From positions 310,001-374,000 of the forward strand of contig NC_079238.1 in NCBI RefSeq assembly GCF_027921745.1: a stretch of 64,000 bases of DNA, read 5' to 3'. How positions within the stretch are numbered: position 1 is the stretch's first letter; each line of letters starts with the position of its first letter. The translations under genes were made by a program, and so were the position numbers. Below, piece after piece: positions 1 through 12,100 of this stretch. Origin of the DNA: Schizosaccharomyces osmophilus (lineage: Eukaryota). The notes under the pieces were generated by a model. That model saw nothing but the letters and a program-made list of their open reading frames with translations, was not told the origin of the DNA and ran no database searches.

Positions 1-425
1 ACCACCTGATAAGCAAAATAAGCATTTAAGCCCATACCTGGGGCCATTCCGACGGGCATATTGGCAAACAGACCCATACAGACAGAAGACAAACAAGAGA
101 TAGCAGCAGTAGCAGTGACGACGTCACGGTGGAAGTTTTGCTTGCAGGCCAAAAAGCTTTTATCGGTATCGCATGCATTGGGATCGGAAGCGGTACATTC
201 GCAAGGACCACCGGTGTCGATCATAATAGAAGCATTGACGGCAAGGATGTATGCCATAGCACAAAAGGTCGTTAAACCGGCACGAAGTTCGATGCTAAAC
301 CGACTGCCTCTACGTTCACGAGGATGTCCACAACCCTCAAGACGGAACCAATGGCCGACGAAGCTGCGTGCGATTTTGAAGTCGAGTTCCTCGACCCATT
401 CCCTAAAGCGTTGCATGACCTTCAT
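1..425 (-). CDS. AzgA/NCS2-family nucleobase (purine) transporter, 5' part; runs off window start (likely SPBC887.17 ortholog)
   Basis: Hand translation from ATG 425: MKVMQRFREWVEELDFKIARSFVGHWFRLEGCGHPRERRGSRFSIELRAGLTTFCAMAYILAVNASIMIDTGGPC...MGLFANMPVGMAPGMGLNAYFAYQV. ELRAGLTTF-AMAYI and APGMGLNAYF are AzgA-family signatures. Absent from ORF track (no stop in window). Confidence 0.93.
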   Translation of the reverse strand, partial: MKVMQRFREWVEELDFKIARSFVGHWFRLEGCGHPRERRGSRFSIELRAGLTTFCAMAYILAVNASIMIDTGGPCECTASDPNACDTDKSFLACKQNFHRDVVTATAAISCLSSVCMGLFANMPVGMAPGMGLNAYFAYQV

Positions 426-1751
426 GATAAATACAAATACCAATACCTGTGGAGAAAAGAGGAAGAATGGCAATGAAAGCAAACCAAAGGGAACCAATGG
501 AAATTAAATAAATGAAACAACAAGAAGGGAAGAAGCAATTACGCCTCTCAATGTCAATTTCAACGAAAAAAAGGAAAAAAAAAAAGATCCCAATGTCAAA
601 AGGAAACCTTGAAAAGTAGAATTGATCCTTAATCTATAGGAGGTTCTACACAAACAAACTGTCAAACCTTCGTTTGAGCAACAACACCTGTGAGCAATGG
701 GCAGACAGACCCAAAAAGGTGCAAAGAGAGAAGAAGATGGAAAGCAAGTCGCTTTTGCTCTTTTTCTCTTTTTCTCTTTTTTTTTGGTGAAAAATACAAT
801 TCGGGAGACAACTCTTGTGAATGTTCCAAAGGAATTAGCAATGGGAGTTGCCAACAAACTGTGAAAAGAACCGACAAGAGCTTGCAGGAAGGGACGAGGG
901 GTGATTTATATAAGAAGGTGACAATCTATAGCTTCATCGATGGGGCAAATCACTGTGACCCGTAAACAGAGTTTTAGGTGAAGTTTTTGGAACTTGTTGC
1001 ACAAGCGTTACTTTGAAAGAATAAAATTTGAATGCGCAGTAACAAAAAGTCACAAAGGATAAGGACACGAGAAACTAACAACGAATCAAGTAAGAATGTG
1101 ATAATGATAGGAGAGGGGATGAGATAATGGGTGGAGATTGCTAGATAGGACTCGAGAGTAGAGATAAGAAGTAGCAATCGAGAGGTGACAATCAAAATTG
1201 AAGGAAAGCAAAAGTAAACAAAAGAGAAATACAAGAGACATCCTTGGCAAGGTGAGCCCACACACGACAAAAGGTAGTGATTGTCGACGAAAAGAATGAA
1301 AAAAATATCAAAGAAAACAACGGAACTAGAATAACAAAGTTGATTACAACTCATATCTCATATTGAGGTTTGACTGACTCTATATGAGATAGCTCTATAG
1401 CAAACGATTCTTCTTACAGAGGAATCTTTTGCTCGCTCGCATCTCTCCACAAATAATTAAGCTTATTTTCTACGAAATCCACGCGTCACCCTTCCACCAA
1501 CCACATTCACGAAAAACGTGCGATTTTCAGGAGCACAAATCTAAAATGCGGTGATTTTCAACAACATGCGACTTCCCAATCTCGGATGAAAAACATTTTG
1601 CTGGTTTTTCTTTGTCTTTGCTTTTTTTCATGTCTTTTTTCGAGTCGCATGCCTTGCAAGAATAGTTTTTCTTCACTGTTTTCTACCAACCGTTCATTCA
1701 AAGGATTTCCGTTTTTTTTTAAGGACCAGACCCTCTTTCTTTCAATGGGTT

Positions 1752-1773
1752 TCTCTCTCTCTCTCTCTCTCTC
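1752..1773. repeat. (CT)n microsatellite; a second (CT)n at 1945-1961
   Basis: Direct reading of the sequence. Confidence 0.9.
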
Positions 1774-2522
1774 CCTCAAAAAACGATTTTGTCATCGCTC
1801 ACTAATCATCTCTATCCCGTATGCGGATGGTTTCTAGAATTGCGCTATTTGTAATGTCGTTCGATACCGGAATCCGTAATCCGTTTCTTCCGACGGACCT
1901 GGACGTACGCCTTCCTCATTTGATTCTATATATATTGGTGGGCATCTCTCTCTCTCTCTCTGTACCACCGTGCTTATTGTTCTTATACATTTACGAGGTT
2001 CGTAAGAGCACACTATAAAAATTTAAAGAAGCCCTCTTGCTCGTTATATAGCCTTTTGTTGGCAGAGGAAAACACCTGACCTTAGCAATAACAGCTTTTT
2101 CCCAAAGAACATCGTTTGCAAAAAAGAAACTTGCTTTTCTTGTTCGATTGAAATAAGAAATTATTCATTGTTGAAAGTTTTTTTGTTTTTTATTCAACGG
2201 TTTTCGTCTTTTCGAAACGTTTCCCATTCGTTGGTAAGGAATTGACCGTGTGCTTTCCAAGTTGCTCGGTTTTCTGTTTTTTTATTCTTGCTATTTTCCC
2301 ACTCGTTCATTGTTCGCGCAGGTGTGGTTTGCTAGAACTTGTGAGTGTCGACTGATTCTGTCACGACGATTCTGTCTTTAACGCTTCGGGTTAATTGTTT
2401 TGGGTGAAAGGTTGCCCCTTTTGAATTTACTTGACTACATTCTTTCATTTCTCTTTTTCTTTTTTGGGATCTTACTTTTCCAACTTTTCCTTGTGTCCAT
2501 CTAGTTGATAAACAACATCATC

Positions 2523-3413
2523 ATGGTCACGACCTTTGAAATGCTTACTACCTGGAATCCAGTCACGGCTTCCTTGATCTCGCCTATTTTGGTGTACTGG
2601 ATCGCCTCTGGATTCTTTGCTTTTCTTCATTGGCTCAACTCGCCTTTTTTCGAAAAATACCGTATCCATTCTCCTGAAGAAGTCGCACAGCGCAATCGGG
2701 TTCCTCACTTAGCCGTCTTCCGCGCCGTCGTCTTTCAACAATTCTGTGAAGTTGTAGTCGGTGTTGCCTTGGCTATCTTTGAAGGTTATCCGGAACCCGA
2801 AAATCATCAATTGCAACTTTTGCGCTATCAAACCTTTTTCGGAAAGAACTTTTCCCCTCTAGTCCAAGCTCTCCCTTTCCTTCCTTCTCTCGCCTACAAC
2901 TGCCTCGTTCCCCTATCCCAATACATCCTTGCCTTCTTCATTATCGATACCTGGCAATACTTTTGGCACAGATACTTGCACTACAACAAGAAACTCTACA
3001 ACATGATCCATGCCCACCATCATCGCTTGCAAGTTCCTTATGCCATGGGCGCTTTGTACAACCACCCATTTGAAGGTTTGATTTTGGACACTTTGGGTGC
3101 TGGTGTTGCCTATCTCATCGCTGGCTTAAGCCCGAACCAAGCTATCGTTTTCTTTACCCTTTCTACTTTGAAAACCGTCGATGATCATTGCGGTTATCTT
3201 TTCCCTTACGACCCTCTCCAAATCTTCTTCGCCAATAATGCCCGCTACCACGACCTTCATCACCAACCATATGGTTTCCAAAAGAACTTTTCTCAGCCTT
3301 TCTTTACTTTCTGGGATCATGTCTTAGGCACTTACATGGCCCCCAAGGCTGAGAGCATGATTGAACGAAAAGTCAGAGGTGGTAATACCGTGGATGTCAA
3401 GAAAGTTAACTAA
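2523..3413 (+). CDS. sur2: Sphingolipid C4-hydroxylase Sur2
   Basis: ATG 2523 (MVTTFEMLTTWNP; the track starts at a TTG). His boxes HRYLH, HAHHH, HDLHH of the fatty-acid hydroxylase family. Confidence 0.95.
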   Translation: MVTTFEMLTTWNPVTASLISPILVYWIASGFFAFLHWLNSPFFEKYRIHSPEEVAQRNRVPHLAVFRAVVFQQFCEVVVGVALAIFEGYPEPENHQLQLLRYQTFFGKNFSPLVQALPFLPSLAYNCLVPLSQYILAFFIIDTWQYFWHRYLHYNKKLYNMIHAHHHRLQVPYAMGALYNHPFEGLILDTLGAGVAYLIAGLSPNQAIVFFTLSTLKTVDDHCGYLFPYDPLQIFFANNARYHDLHHQPYGFQKNFSQPFFTFWDHVLGTYMAPKAESMIERKVRGGNTVDVKKVN

Positions 3414-4106
3414 CTTTACTTGCTATACGTATTATCTTCTTTTTTTGTTCCTTTCTAACTTAAATCTTGTATTAATTTTTAATCTCCCCTTTTCGTACCT
3501 TGCATGCTGCTACTGTTTTTCATCGTTATCGCAGTTTTTCTCCTTTTTTTGTTTGTTCATTGGAATCTCCCCAAGACACCAATCCCGTTCTCTTCTCCAC
3601 TCATTTTTTCGACTTTTTTCTTTTTAATTTAATGCTGTCCAGTTTGACTTCTTGCAAGTATCTGTGCATGCTTTACATCATTCGAGTATAAATTATTAAT
3701 TTCCAATTCTAATTTGAAGAGTGCATCCCAATCCTTGGAGTTTGTTTGGCTTTAATTCTGGTTCGGTTCCACATTCAAAAGGGCTTTCTCCTTGACCGAT
3801 CCTTTCACTACTTGGGCCTTTTTTTCTATGAACGCTGTAAAGGTTCGTTTCATCATGCCGGTCTTTAATTTATGTCAATAGTATTTTACTGTTCGTTTTC
3901 TTTCCATCATTCCATCATTCAAATCAAATATAATTGCTTACTATGATTTCTTCCTTTCCTAAGTACTAGTAGTCTTATTCCTCGTCGTATACATAATAGG
4001 TATGTAATCTTTGTAGCAAAAATCATTTCAAACCATCTTCTTACTTTTACTATTTTTTCTCTTATTTTTATTTATTTTTTTTCTTTTCTAATGAAGACTT
4101 TTTTCG

Positions 4107-4155
4107 TTTGTTTACTTTTGCCAATTTGAATTCTTGAAACGCGACGCGAACGCGT
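4107..4155 (+). promoter_or_regulatory. pfh1 promoter: forkhead/FLEX site plus triple MCB cluster
   Basis: TTTGTTTAC 4107-4115; ACGCGA 4139-4144, ACGCGA 4144-4149, ACGCGT 4150-4155; about 410 nt upstream of the pfh1 ATG. Confidence 0.7.
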
Positions 4156-4563
4156 TGTCTCGTACTTGCTTTTATCCACACACCGCAGAAGAGCCGATGC
4201 TGATTTTGTCGAATTCGTGTGAAAACTAAGAAGGATTTTCATTGTATTCATCTAATTTTAAGAATCCTTTTTTGCCGTATTGAAAGCTTCGAAAGCTTCC
4301 TAAAGGGCGTTGTCATCGGCGAATGGAAAAGGTAGCTCATTCATCTTTATAAAGCAACTTCGCCTTGACCCTTTGTGATTTGTTGTATAACATATTCTAC
4401 ACGATCTTTTACTCTTTTCCAAACACTTTAGCTGGTAAAATTGGAATTCCTTTATAGAATTGGTTTTCTAAATTTTTGTGCTCTGTTGAGTGAACCTCTT
4501 GCTGCTTTTTTGAATGTGGCAGTGCCCATAGTGGAGAGTCGAATATAAACTTACATTTCATGA

Positions 4564-6930
4564 ATGTTTTCTGGTCTTTCTTTATTAAAACACAGTCGTT
4601 CTTTTCGGTTCAATCTTCCTAGAATGTTTCAAAGAGCTCAGCAAAAAAATAGTATAGCATATTCTCAAGCAAAAGAAAATGCATCCGTCAATAGGGATAT
4701 TCACAATTACTCTTCCGATGCTTTTCAACCTTCTGTTCCGGCTTCTAAAGCAGTTCAACACCCTTCCCCGAATCCAACTGCTCCTCTGAAGAGAGAGTTC
4801 TCAAACACAATTCTTCAAAATTTGGATGAAAACGATGCTTTTGACTCTTCGGATCCAGCGTTGCCGATTTTCAATCCCCCTGAAGCGCACGAGAGAGCCG
4901 CTTCTGATACATTACATGGGATTTACATAGATGAAAATGATATCGATGATGATTTCGCTGTTGAATCAGAGATTGATCAAAAAGCAATTCCCTGGTCATC
5001 CTCTCCCGTCGAACATACAAAATTAACTGGATCCATGATTGCCAACGCCAATCGAACCACTTCCACTCTTCCTCGTTTAGTGGAAGAGGCCTCTAGAAAC
5101 ACCGCAGCTCAAACGTCTTTGTCTCGTTCGCAGCAGAGACATCCCATTAAGCGGTCTCGTACTCTTCCATGGGCTTTGGACCCATTTCGATATGGTGATC
5201 CAGTTTCTTCAAAAGAAGAAAGTGCCAAAACAGAATCCAAACAGGGTATTGTAACAAATGATTCTCAAAATGCTGCACCCGGATCCAGAAGTATCTCACT
5301 TGATAGCTTGCCCAAAACTGGCTTAGCAGCACGAAACGGACGTATCACAAAAAAGGCGCCTGTTTCCACTGCAGCTGCAAAACCTGTTGATTCTTCTTTG
5401 TTCAGAACCGTTTCGGATCCAAGTCGGAAACGAGCCGTTCCCAGTATTTTTCTTTCGGATGAACAAAAACGAATTTTAGATATGGTCGTTGAACAACAAC
5501 ATAGTATTTTCTTCACTGGTTCTGCTGGTACTGGTAAATCTGTGCTTTTGCGGAAGATAATAGAAGCTTTAAAAGTGAAACACAGAAAGCAAACAGACCG
5601 TGTCGCTGTTACGGCGTCTACGGGATTAGCAGCTTGTAACATTGGCGGTGTCACTTTGCATTCCTTTGCAGGTGCCGGGTTAGCAAGAGAATCTGTAGAT
5701 TTTCTTGTATCCAAGATAAAAAAAAACAAAAAGAGCATGACTCGTTGGCTTCGAACAAAGGTTCTCATTATTGATGAAGTTTCTATGGTTGACGCTGATC
5801 TAATGGACAAGTTGGAAGAAGTAGGTCGTGTTATACGCAAAGATGCTAGACCTTTTGGCGGCATACAATTGGTTTTAACTGGAGATTTCTTCCAGCTTCC
5901 ACCCGTTCCTGACTCGGGAAAAGAAGCGAAGTTTTGTTTTGAATCGAATACATGGAAAACTGCTTTGGATTATACCATTGGCTTAACTCATGTTTTCCGA
6001 CAAAAAGATGAAGAGTTTGTTACTATGCTCAATGAGTTACGTCTTGGTAGATTGTCGGAGAACTCAGTTAGGAAGTTTAGGTTTCTCAGTAGAGAAATCA
6101 ATTATGCAGACGGACTTCTTCCGACAGAGTTGTTTCCGACGCGTCATGAAGTCGAGCGGTCGAATGGAATGCGTATGCAACAAATCCATCAAGATCCATT
6201 AACCTTCACTTCTATCGACAGCGGTACCGTTCGCGACAGAGAATTTCGAGACAAATTACTTCAAAACTGTATGGCTCCTGCACAGCTTGTGTTAAAAATA
6301 AACGCACAGGTAATGCTTATAAAAAATATCGATGACCAATTGGTTAATGGATCTTTGGGGAAAGTAATTGGGTTTATCGACGAAGAAACGTACCAGATAG
6401 AAAAGAAGGATGCTGAAATGCAAGGAAGGAATCCTTTCGAATACGATACTTTGGATGTACTTCCGTACGATTTGCCTGACGTGAAGCAAAAAAAACATAA
6501 ACTATTGTCTATGAAGAAAGCTTCATCTATTTCCACAAAATGGCCTCTTGTACGCTTCAAACTTGCTAATGGCGGCGAGCGAACCATAGTGGTACAAAGA
6601 GAAACTTGGAACATAGAGTTACCAAACGGTGAAATCCAGGCCTCTAGGAGTCAAATTCCTTTGATTCTAGCGTATGCCATATCCATACACAAAGCACAGG
6701 GTCAAACCCTCGATCGAGTTAAGGTAGACTTAGGTCGCGTCTTTGAGAAAGGACAAGCTTATGTTGCTCTTTCAAGAGCTACTTCTCAAAAAGGGTTACA
6801 AATACTCAATTTCTCTCCTTCTAAAGTTATGGCTCATCCGAAAGTTATTCAGTTTTACAAACAGCTCGATTCCGTCAATGGTATCCCTATTCGCAATGAA
6901 AATAAAGTGAAAACTGGTCCTTTTAAATGA
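4564..6930 (+). CDS. pfh1: Pif1-family 5'-3' DNA helicase Pfh1
   Basis: 788 aa; GSAGTGKS Walker [36 protein letters not shown]. Second in-frame Met at codon 21 (4624). Confidence 0.97.
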   Translation: MFSGLSLLKHSRSFRFNLPRMFQRAQQKNSIAYSQAKENASVNRDIHNYSSDAFQPSVPASKAVQHPSPNPTAPLKREFSNTILQNLDENDAFDSSDPALPIFNPPEAHERAASDTLHGIYIDENDIDDDFAVESEIDQKAIPWSSSPVEHTKLTGSMIANANRTTSTLPRLVEEASRNTAAQTSLSRSQQRHPIKRSRTLPWALDPFRYGDPVSSKEESAKTESKQGIVTNDSQNAAPGSRSISLDSLPKTGLAARNGRITKKAPVSTAAAKPVDSSLFRTVSDPSRKRAVPSIFLSDEQKRILDMVVEQQHSIFFTGSAGTGKSVLLRKIIEALKVKHRKQTDRVAVTASTGLAACNIGGVTLHSFAGAGLARESVDFLVSKIKKNKKSMTRWLRTKVLIIDEVSMVDADLMDKLEEVGRVIRKDARPFGGIQLVLTGDFFQLPPVPDSGKEAKFCFESNTWKTALDYTIGLTHVFRQKDEEFVTMLNELRLGRLSENSVRKFRFLSREINYADGLLPTELFPTRHEVERSNGMRMQQIHQDPLTFTSIDSGTVRDREFRDKLLQNCMAPAQLVLKINAQVMLIKNIDDQLVNGSLGKVIGFIDEETYQIEKKDAEMQGRNPFEYDTLDVLPYDLPDVKQKKHKLLSMKKASSISTKWPLVRFKLANGGERTIVVQRETWNIELPNGEIQASRSQIPLILAYAISIHKAQGQTLDRVKVDLGRVFEKGQAYVALSRATSQKGLQILNFSPSKVMAHPKVIQFYKQLDSVNGIPIRNENKVKTGPFK

Positions 6931-7529
6931 TGCACTACTCTATTGGATATCTGTTTGTTACATGTATGTTTTTTGTGAGACTGGCTATTTATATTTAGAC
7001 TTGGTATCTTGTTTTTGTGCAAGTTTAATGCGGGATGGAAAGGTTCTCAATGTGCTTATTCACATATCTTTTTTATTATTGTTTTTTCTCTTTTTCAATT
7101 GCCGTATTGCAATTGATGCTAATAATGCAAATCATTAATTTTGTGTATGTGCTGTTATGTAATGTAAAGCAATAAGCAGCGAACGATGTTGCGCCCATAA
7201 TAAAAAGAGCATACACAGCAAGGCTTGACAAGAAGCTGTTTTCCGCTTACATCTGGTTGCAAGCACATTTCAACAGCAAACTGTATTTTAACAAACATCA
7301 ATATTAATTTAATTACACAACTCACGTAAATCTAGTCATTAATAAGAAAAAGCAACTAAAAATGCATCTCCATAAATCTATGCTATTGAAGGAATCGATA
7401 CTTGCATGTACGAAAGATCTCAAGTTCTTACAATTCGACGTATTAACTTGTCATGCCCTTTTGCAGCAACGACTGTTGCTTTTTAAGTCAATTAAAACAG
7501 TTTTTTTGAAATCTTTTGATATATAAAGA

Positions 7530-8938
7530 ATGAGAAGAGTCGTAATCACCGGATTAGGAGCCATAACTCCTCTTGGTTGTGGAGTGGAAAGGACGTGGAC
7601 AAGATTGCTTCAAGGATTGTCTGGTATTACTTCTTTGAAAGAAAAACCAGGATTTGAATCTCTGCCAAGTCAAGTAGCAGGCTTGGTACCCAGAGGCACT
7701 AATGAAGGCAGATGGAATCCCCAAGCTTATATCGGTCAGAGTAAACTACGCGAAACTGCAGCATTTACTCAATTTGCTTTAGCGGCTTCTGCTGAAGCTC
7801 TCGCTGATGCTAGATGGATTGATATTACTGACGAAGAAAAAGAAGCTACTGTATGTTCTGTGATCACCAAAGACTGCCTTGTGGAATAGGTGCTGAATTG
7901 GTAATATGATTGAAAGTATGCTTGCTAACAATGATTTCCTAGGGTGTATGTTACGCGACTGGAATGGGTAATTTAGAGGATGCCATTCAGCAAAACGACA
8001 TTTTTGTCAAAAGCGGGATACGAAAAATCTCTCCCAGGATTATAACCAAAGTTTTAATGAATATGCCCGCAGGATATATATCTCAGAAGTATGGTTTTCG
8101 GGCCTGTAACCATACTGTAAGCACCGCCTGCGCTGCTGGCTGCCACGCCATCGGTGATGCTTACAATCTGATTAAACTTAACCAAGCCAATGTAATATTA
8201 GCGGGTGGCTCTGAATCATGCATCAATCCTTTTGTTTTAGCTGGCTTTAGCAAAGCCAGGAGTTTATCTACGAAATTTAATGATGATCCATCAAAAGCCT
8301 CTCGCCCCTTTGACTCGGAAAGAGATGGCTTTGTCATTGGAGAAGGTGCCGGAGCTTTGGTACTTGAAGAACTCGAGCATGCCAAAGGTAGAAATGCGAA
8401 GATTTATGCTGAAGTCCTTGGCTTTGGTCAATCTGCCGATAACTATAATATCACGGCACCAAATCCGAATGGATCGTCTGCGTACACAGCGATGAAAAAG
8501 GCTTTAAAAAATGCGAATGTGTCTCCTCGAGAATTGGATTACATTAATGCTCATGCTACCTCTACTAAGCTTGGTGATGCGTCTGAGAGTAGAGCCATTG
8601 CAACTCTTTTGAAAGAAGATGGCATGGACCCTCAATCCGTTTCTGTTTCGAGCTCTAAAGGCTCCATTGGACACCTTTTAGGAGCTGCTGGAGCGATTGA
8701 ATCAATCTTTACGATTTTGGCTGTTCATGAAGTATGTACTTTATTTTTAACAATTTACTAATCACGGTAGAAAACTATTCCTGCCACTCTAAATTTTCAA
8801 AAAACCGACATTCCAGAAGAAGATCGGTGCGATTACGTTCCTAACGAAACGAAGCTGAAAACTGTGCACTATGCATTATCAAACAGTTTTGGGTTTGGAG
8901 GAACAAATGCGTCTCTATGTATAGGCTCCTATCGTTAA
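7530..8938 (+). CDS. cem1: Mitochondrial 3-oxoacyl-ACP synthase (KAS II) Cem1, 3 exons
   Basis: Exons 7530-7850, 7943-8731, 8771-8938; introns GTATGT..CTAAC/CTAAT..TAG. Motifs [46 protein letters not shown]. Confidence 0.95.
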
Positions 8939-9103
8939 ACAAGTTTAGTCTAAAAGTGATACCGGAAGTCTATTTAACGAGTGTTTTTTTTTTCTTTTTT
9001 TTTATTATGCAGGCAAAAACATTTAAGAAAACTCATTAAAACATGATCTAGAAAATAAAAGGAAAGAAATTGGCACATGTTTCTTAATTTCTATTTGATA
9101 TTC

Positions 9104-12100
9104 CTAGCGCATTTCTCCGTAAGCACCACGGACATGGGTCGTATCGTAGGCATCGAGAATACGGGATTGATCTTCCTCTCCCTGTGAAAAAGCATATCCT
9201 CTTTGTTTGCGCATTCTTTGCATCTGCCGAATCTTGCGGATAGCCTTGTGAAATCCAATCATTCGCGGCCTATAATCTGTTATATTATACTTTTGTATCT
9301 CTTGGACATAATGGTATTCTTCGGGGTAATACATTCTCGATGAATATTTCCAAACGAAATCACGCATCAAGGCAAATGTAGGAAATACAAATAATGAAGC
9401 CCAAAATTTTAAATTTCCATGCAGGTAAGGTATGATTCCCTTGAATTCCTTTGAAAAACCAATGGCTGGGGCAACCACAGCATAGATCGGCATGAATACC
9501 AACCAAAAGACAAAAGACCCTAAAGTAGCGATAACCATGTAATAAGTCCAATGATTACTGATGAGAGCGGCTTTACCTAAAACGGTAGCTAGAATCATTG
9601 CATAGAGAGTAGTACCCCAAACCCAATGACCAGAAGTGGGACCATTAGAATTAGGGCCATCAGAGTCGAAAACAGCAATTGAACATAAGAATAAAAGTAA
9701 TGAATGATAGAACCCGTTCGCAATCCATGCCCAAAATCGCTTTAAATTGAAAAACTCGCCACGCTGTCCTAGTTGATAGAGTTGGGGATATTGATATAGC
9801 TGGCTTGCGCTTACATATTGATCAAAAATTCCTATAACAATTGGAGGGAGCACTGTAAAAAGGACATTGTATAAAGAAATTGACCAAGACTCGTATGTAA
9901 CTTGTCCAGAAAAAGCATTACAAAAGGCAAACCAAAATTGAGTCATATAGAGAGCTACGTTCTTGTAAAACGAAAACAGGATTAGCTTGCTAAGGCGTTG
10001 GTAGCACCATGATCCATGGACCAACAATAACTTTCTCAAATAACAGAACTGAGAAATAGAGAAATCTGAACTTCTGACAGCTTGTAGACCTTCCATTCCA
10101 CTTATTCCGACACCGATATTGGCAGCTTGAATCATAGGAACATCGTTAGCACCATCACCAATGGCTAATAAAATAGAATCCGTGTTTCGCTTTACCATTT
10201 TTACTACTAGCGCTTTCTGCAATGGAGAAACTCGACAACATATAACGGCACGGCATAAGGAGGCGAGTTCGAAGAAGCGTCGCTCAAGTGAACGTTCCAA
10301 AGCAAAAGTAAGGGAAACACCATCGATAATTAAAGCCATTGACTCTATATTTCCACTATTATGCTCATTTCTGTATATAGAAGATAGTTTTGACATAATG
10401 CTTTCAGCTGTAGCTTCCTTTGTCTGCTCATTTACAATTACTAGGCCCATGTCCTCATCAATAAGCTTACAGCTCATTCCGATATTGATTGCGGTTTCTT
10501 GTCTGTCTCCTGTTAAGACCCAAATCTTTATGCCAGCGGTTTGAAGTGTTGAGATCGTATCAGGCACACCATCCTGTAACCTGTCCTCAATAGCTGTAGC
10601 TCCAAGAAGTGTTAAATCTTTCTCAATCATCTCTGCAGCATCCATTAGTTTCTGGGCTCTGTCCACCAAACTTGTTGATGCTGCTTCGTAAATAGTCGCC
10701 CATCTTTGATAATCATAATCAGAGATTTCTCTCATAGCTATACATAAAGTTCGCAAGCCAACAGTTGCGTAATCCTCTAGATGATGAATTGTGGTTGTAA
10801 GATACGGACAATCGCCAACAAGTCTGTCAAGAATGACAGTATCAGCACCTTTAATATAGAGTCTGATTTTTCCATCGGGACAACGGAAAACAATAGACAT
10901 TCTCTTTCTTGTGGAATTAAATTCGCAAATGTTGAGTAGTTCGTAAGTTTCTTCCTTATCAAACAATCTAACTGTAACATATCGTGGCTTTCTAGCTATG
11001 AATTCGTAACCGATGCTCACGGCTCCTTTCACTAATGCGCCTTCATCAGGAGATGAAGCCTGGTACTTCATTGAATTGGATGTTTCATCAAACTCAGGAA
11101 TAACAGTCTGACAAATTGAGAGTACCAACAGAAAGTGATGAATCAAATCGCCATTGCTGGAATCAAGGTTTTTCTTCAATGTCGAAAAGTCGTATATTAT
11201 CATGTCGGGATCCAACTCTTCTGAGTACTGGCGGTCTTCAGGTACAACGTCGGCATAAGCTAATCCAGCGATAGAGCATTGACGGAAGTCCATTTGGTTA
11301 CGTGTCAACGTACCTGTTTTATCACTGAAAATATAACCAACCTGACCCAATTCTTCGACCAAAGAAGATGTACGGCATGCAGCGGGTACATCTGTTTCTT
11401 CGTTGTACATATCAAGGTCGCTGCTAATAAGTTGAGCTTGTACATAACGGACCAATTCAAAAGTGACAAATAGAGAAATAGGGACGAGGTTGGAGTACAA
11501 AATCCAAAATGTCAGAAGCTGTTTGAAGAACTCACCTCCTCGTGAAGTAGTGATAAGCAGGTATGAAAAAGCGGAGCCGTAAACAGATCGTTGAATAAGA
11601 GAACCAAGCGAAGAACAAAAGCAAAGAAAGACAAAAATAAATAGAAGGTAGAGAATCTGTGTATTGACTTGCTTTTCGACAGCAGTGCGTTTAATGGGAG
11701 TTTCTGTTGTGTTTTTCATGAGTTTTGTTTCATGTCCGGTGAAAACAACTACACCGTAAACCCAGTGCGTATTACGAAGTTGAGCACCACGAAGCAATAA
11801 CTGTTCTGGACCCAAGGGTAACTCACGATCATTGGGAAGAAGTTTTAAAGTTGCATCGTATGTATACAGACTATTGTTTGGTTGCTCAGACTTGACTGTA
11901 CCTTCCAATTGACTCAGTTCAATTGGCTTCAACAAATTAGATGTTTCAGGCAGTGCCTGTTTTACTTTGAGGTTTGTTTCACCATCAAGATTAGCGGTTT
12001 CAATGTAACAAAGGCCTTCTGGTTCGGAAGAAGATAGCAAGATGAGATCAGCCGGAAAGAAGGTTTCGGAGACGACCTTCACAATATCACCAACTTGGAC

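Noticed and set aside
61..507. 148-aa plus-strand ORF (and 26-211 minus)
   Set aside because: Antisense or off-frame shadows of the AzgA transporter CDS.
62..713. Similar 15-mers TGGCAAACAGACCCA (62) and GGGCAGACAGACCCA (699)
   Set aside because: Short, two mismatches, same orientation; compatible with chance.
1354..1391. 10-bp inverted repeat TATCTCATAT..ATATGAGATA
   Set aside because: AT-rich with an 18-nt spacer and no supporting H/ACA or C/D boxes.
5265..5864. 199-aa antisense ORF in pfh1 (also 46619-47104 in rps12, 29123-29611 in rlp1, 54817-55308 in rmn1)
   Set aside because: Antisense shadows of real CDSs with no recognisable domain.
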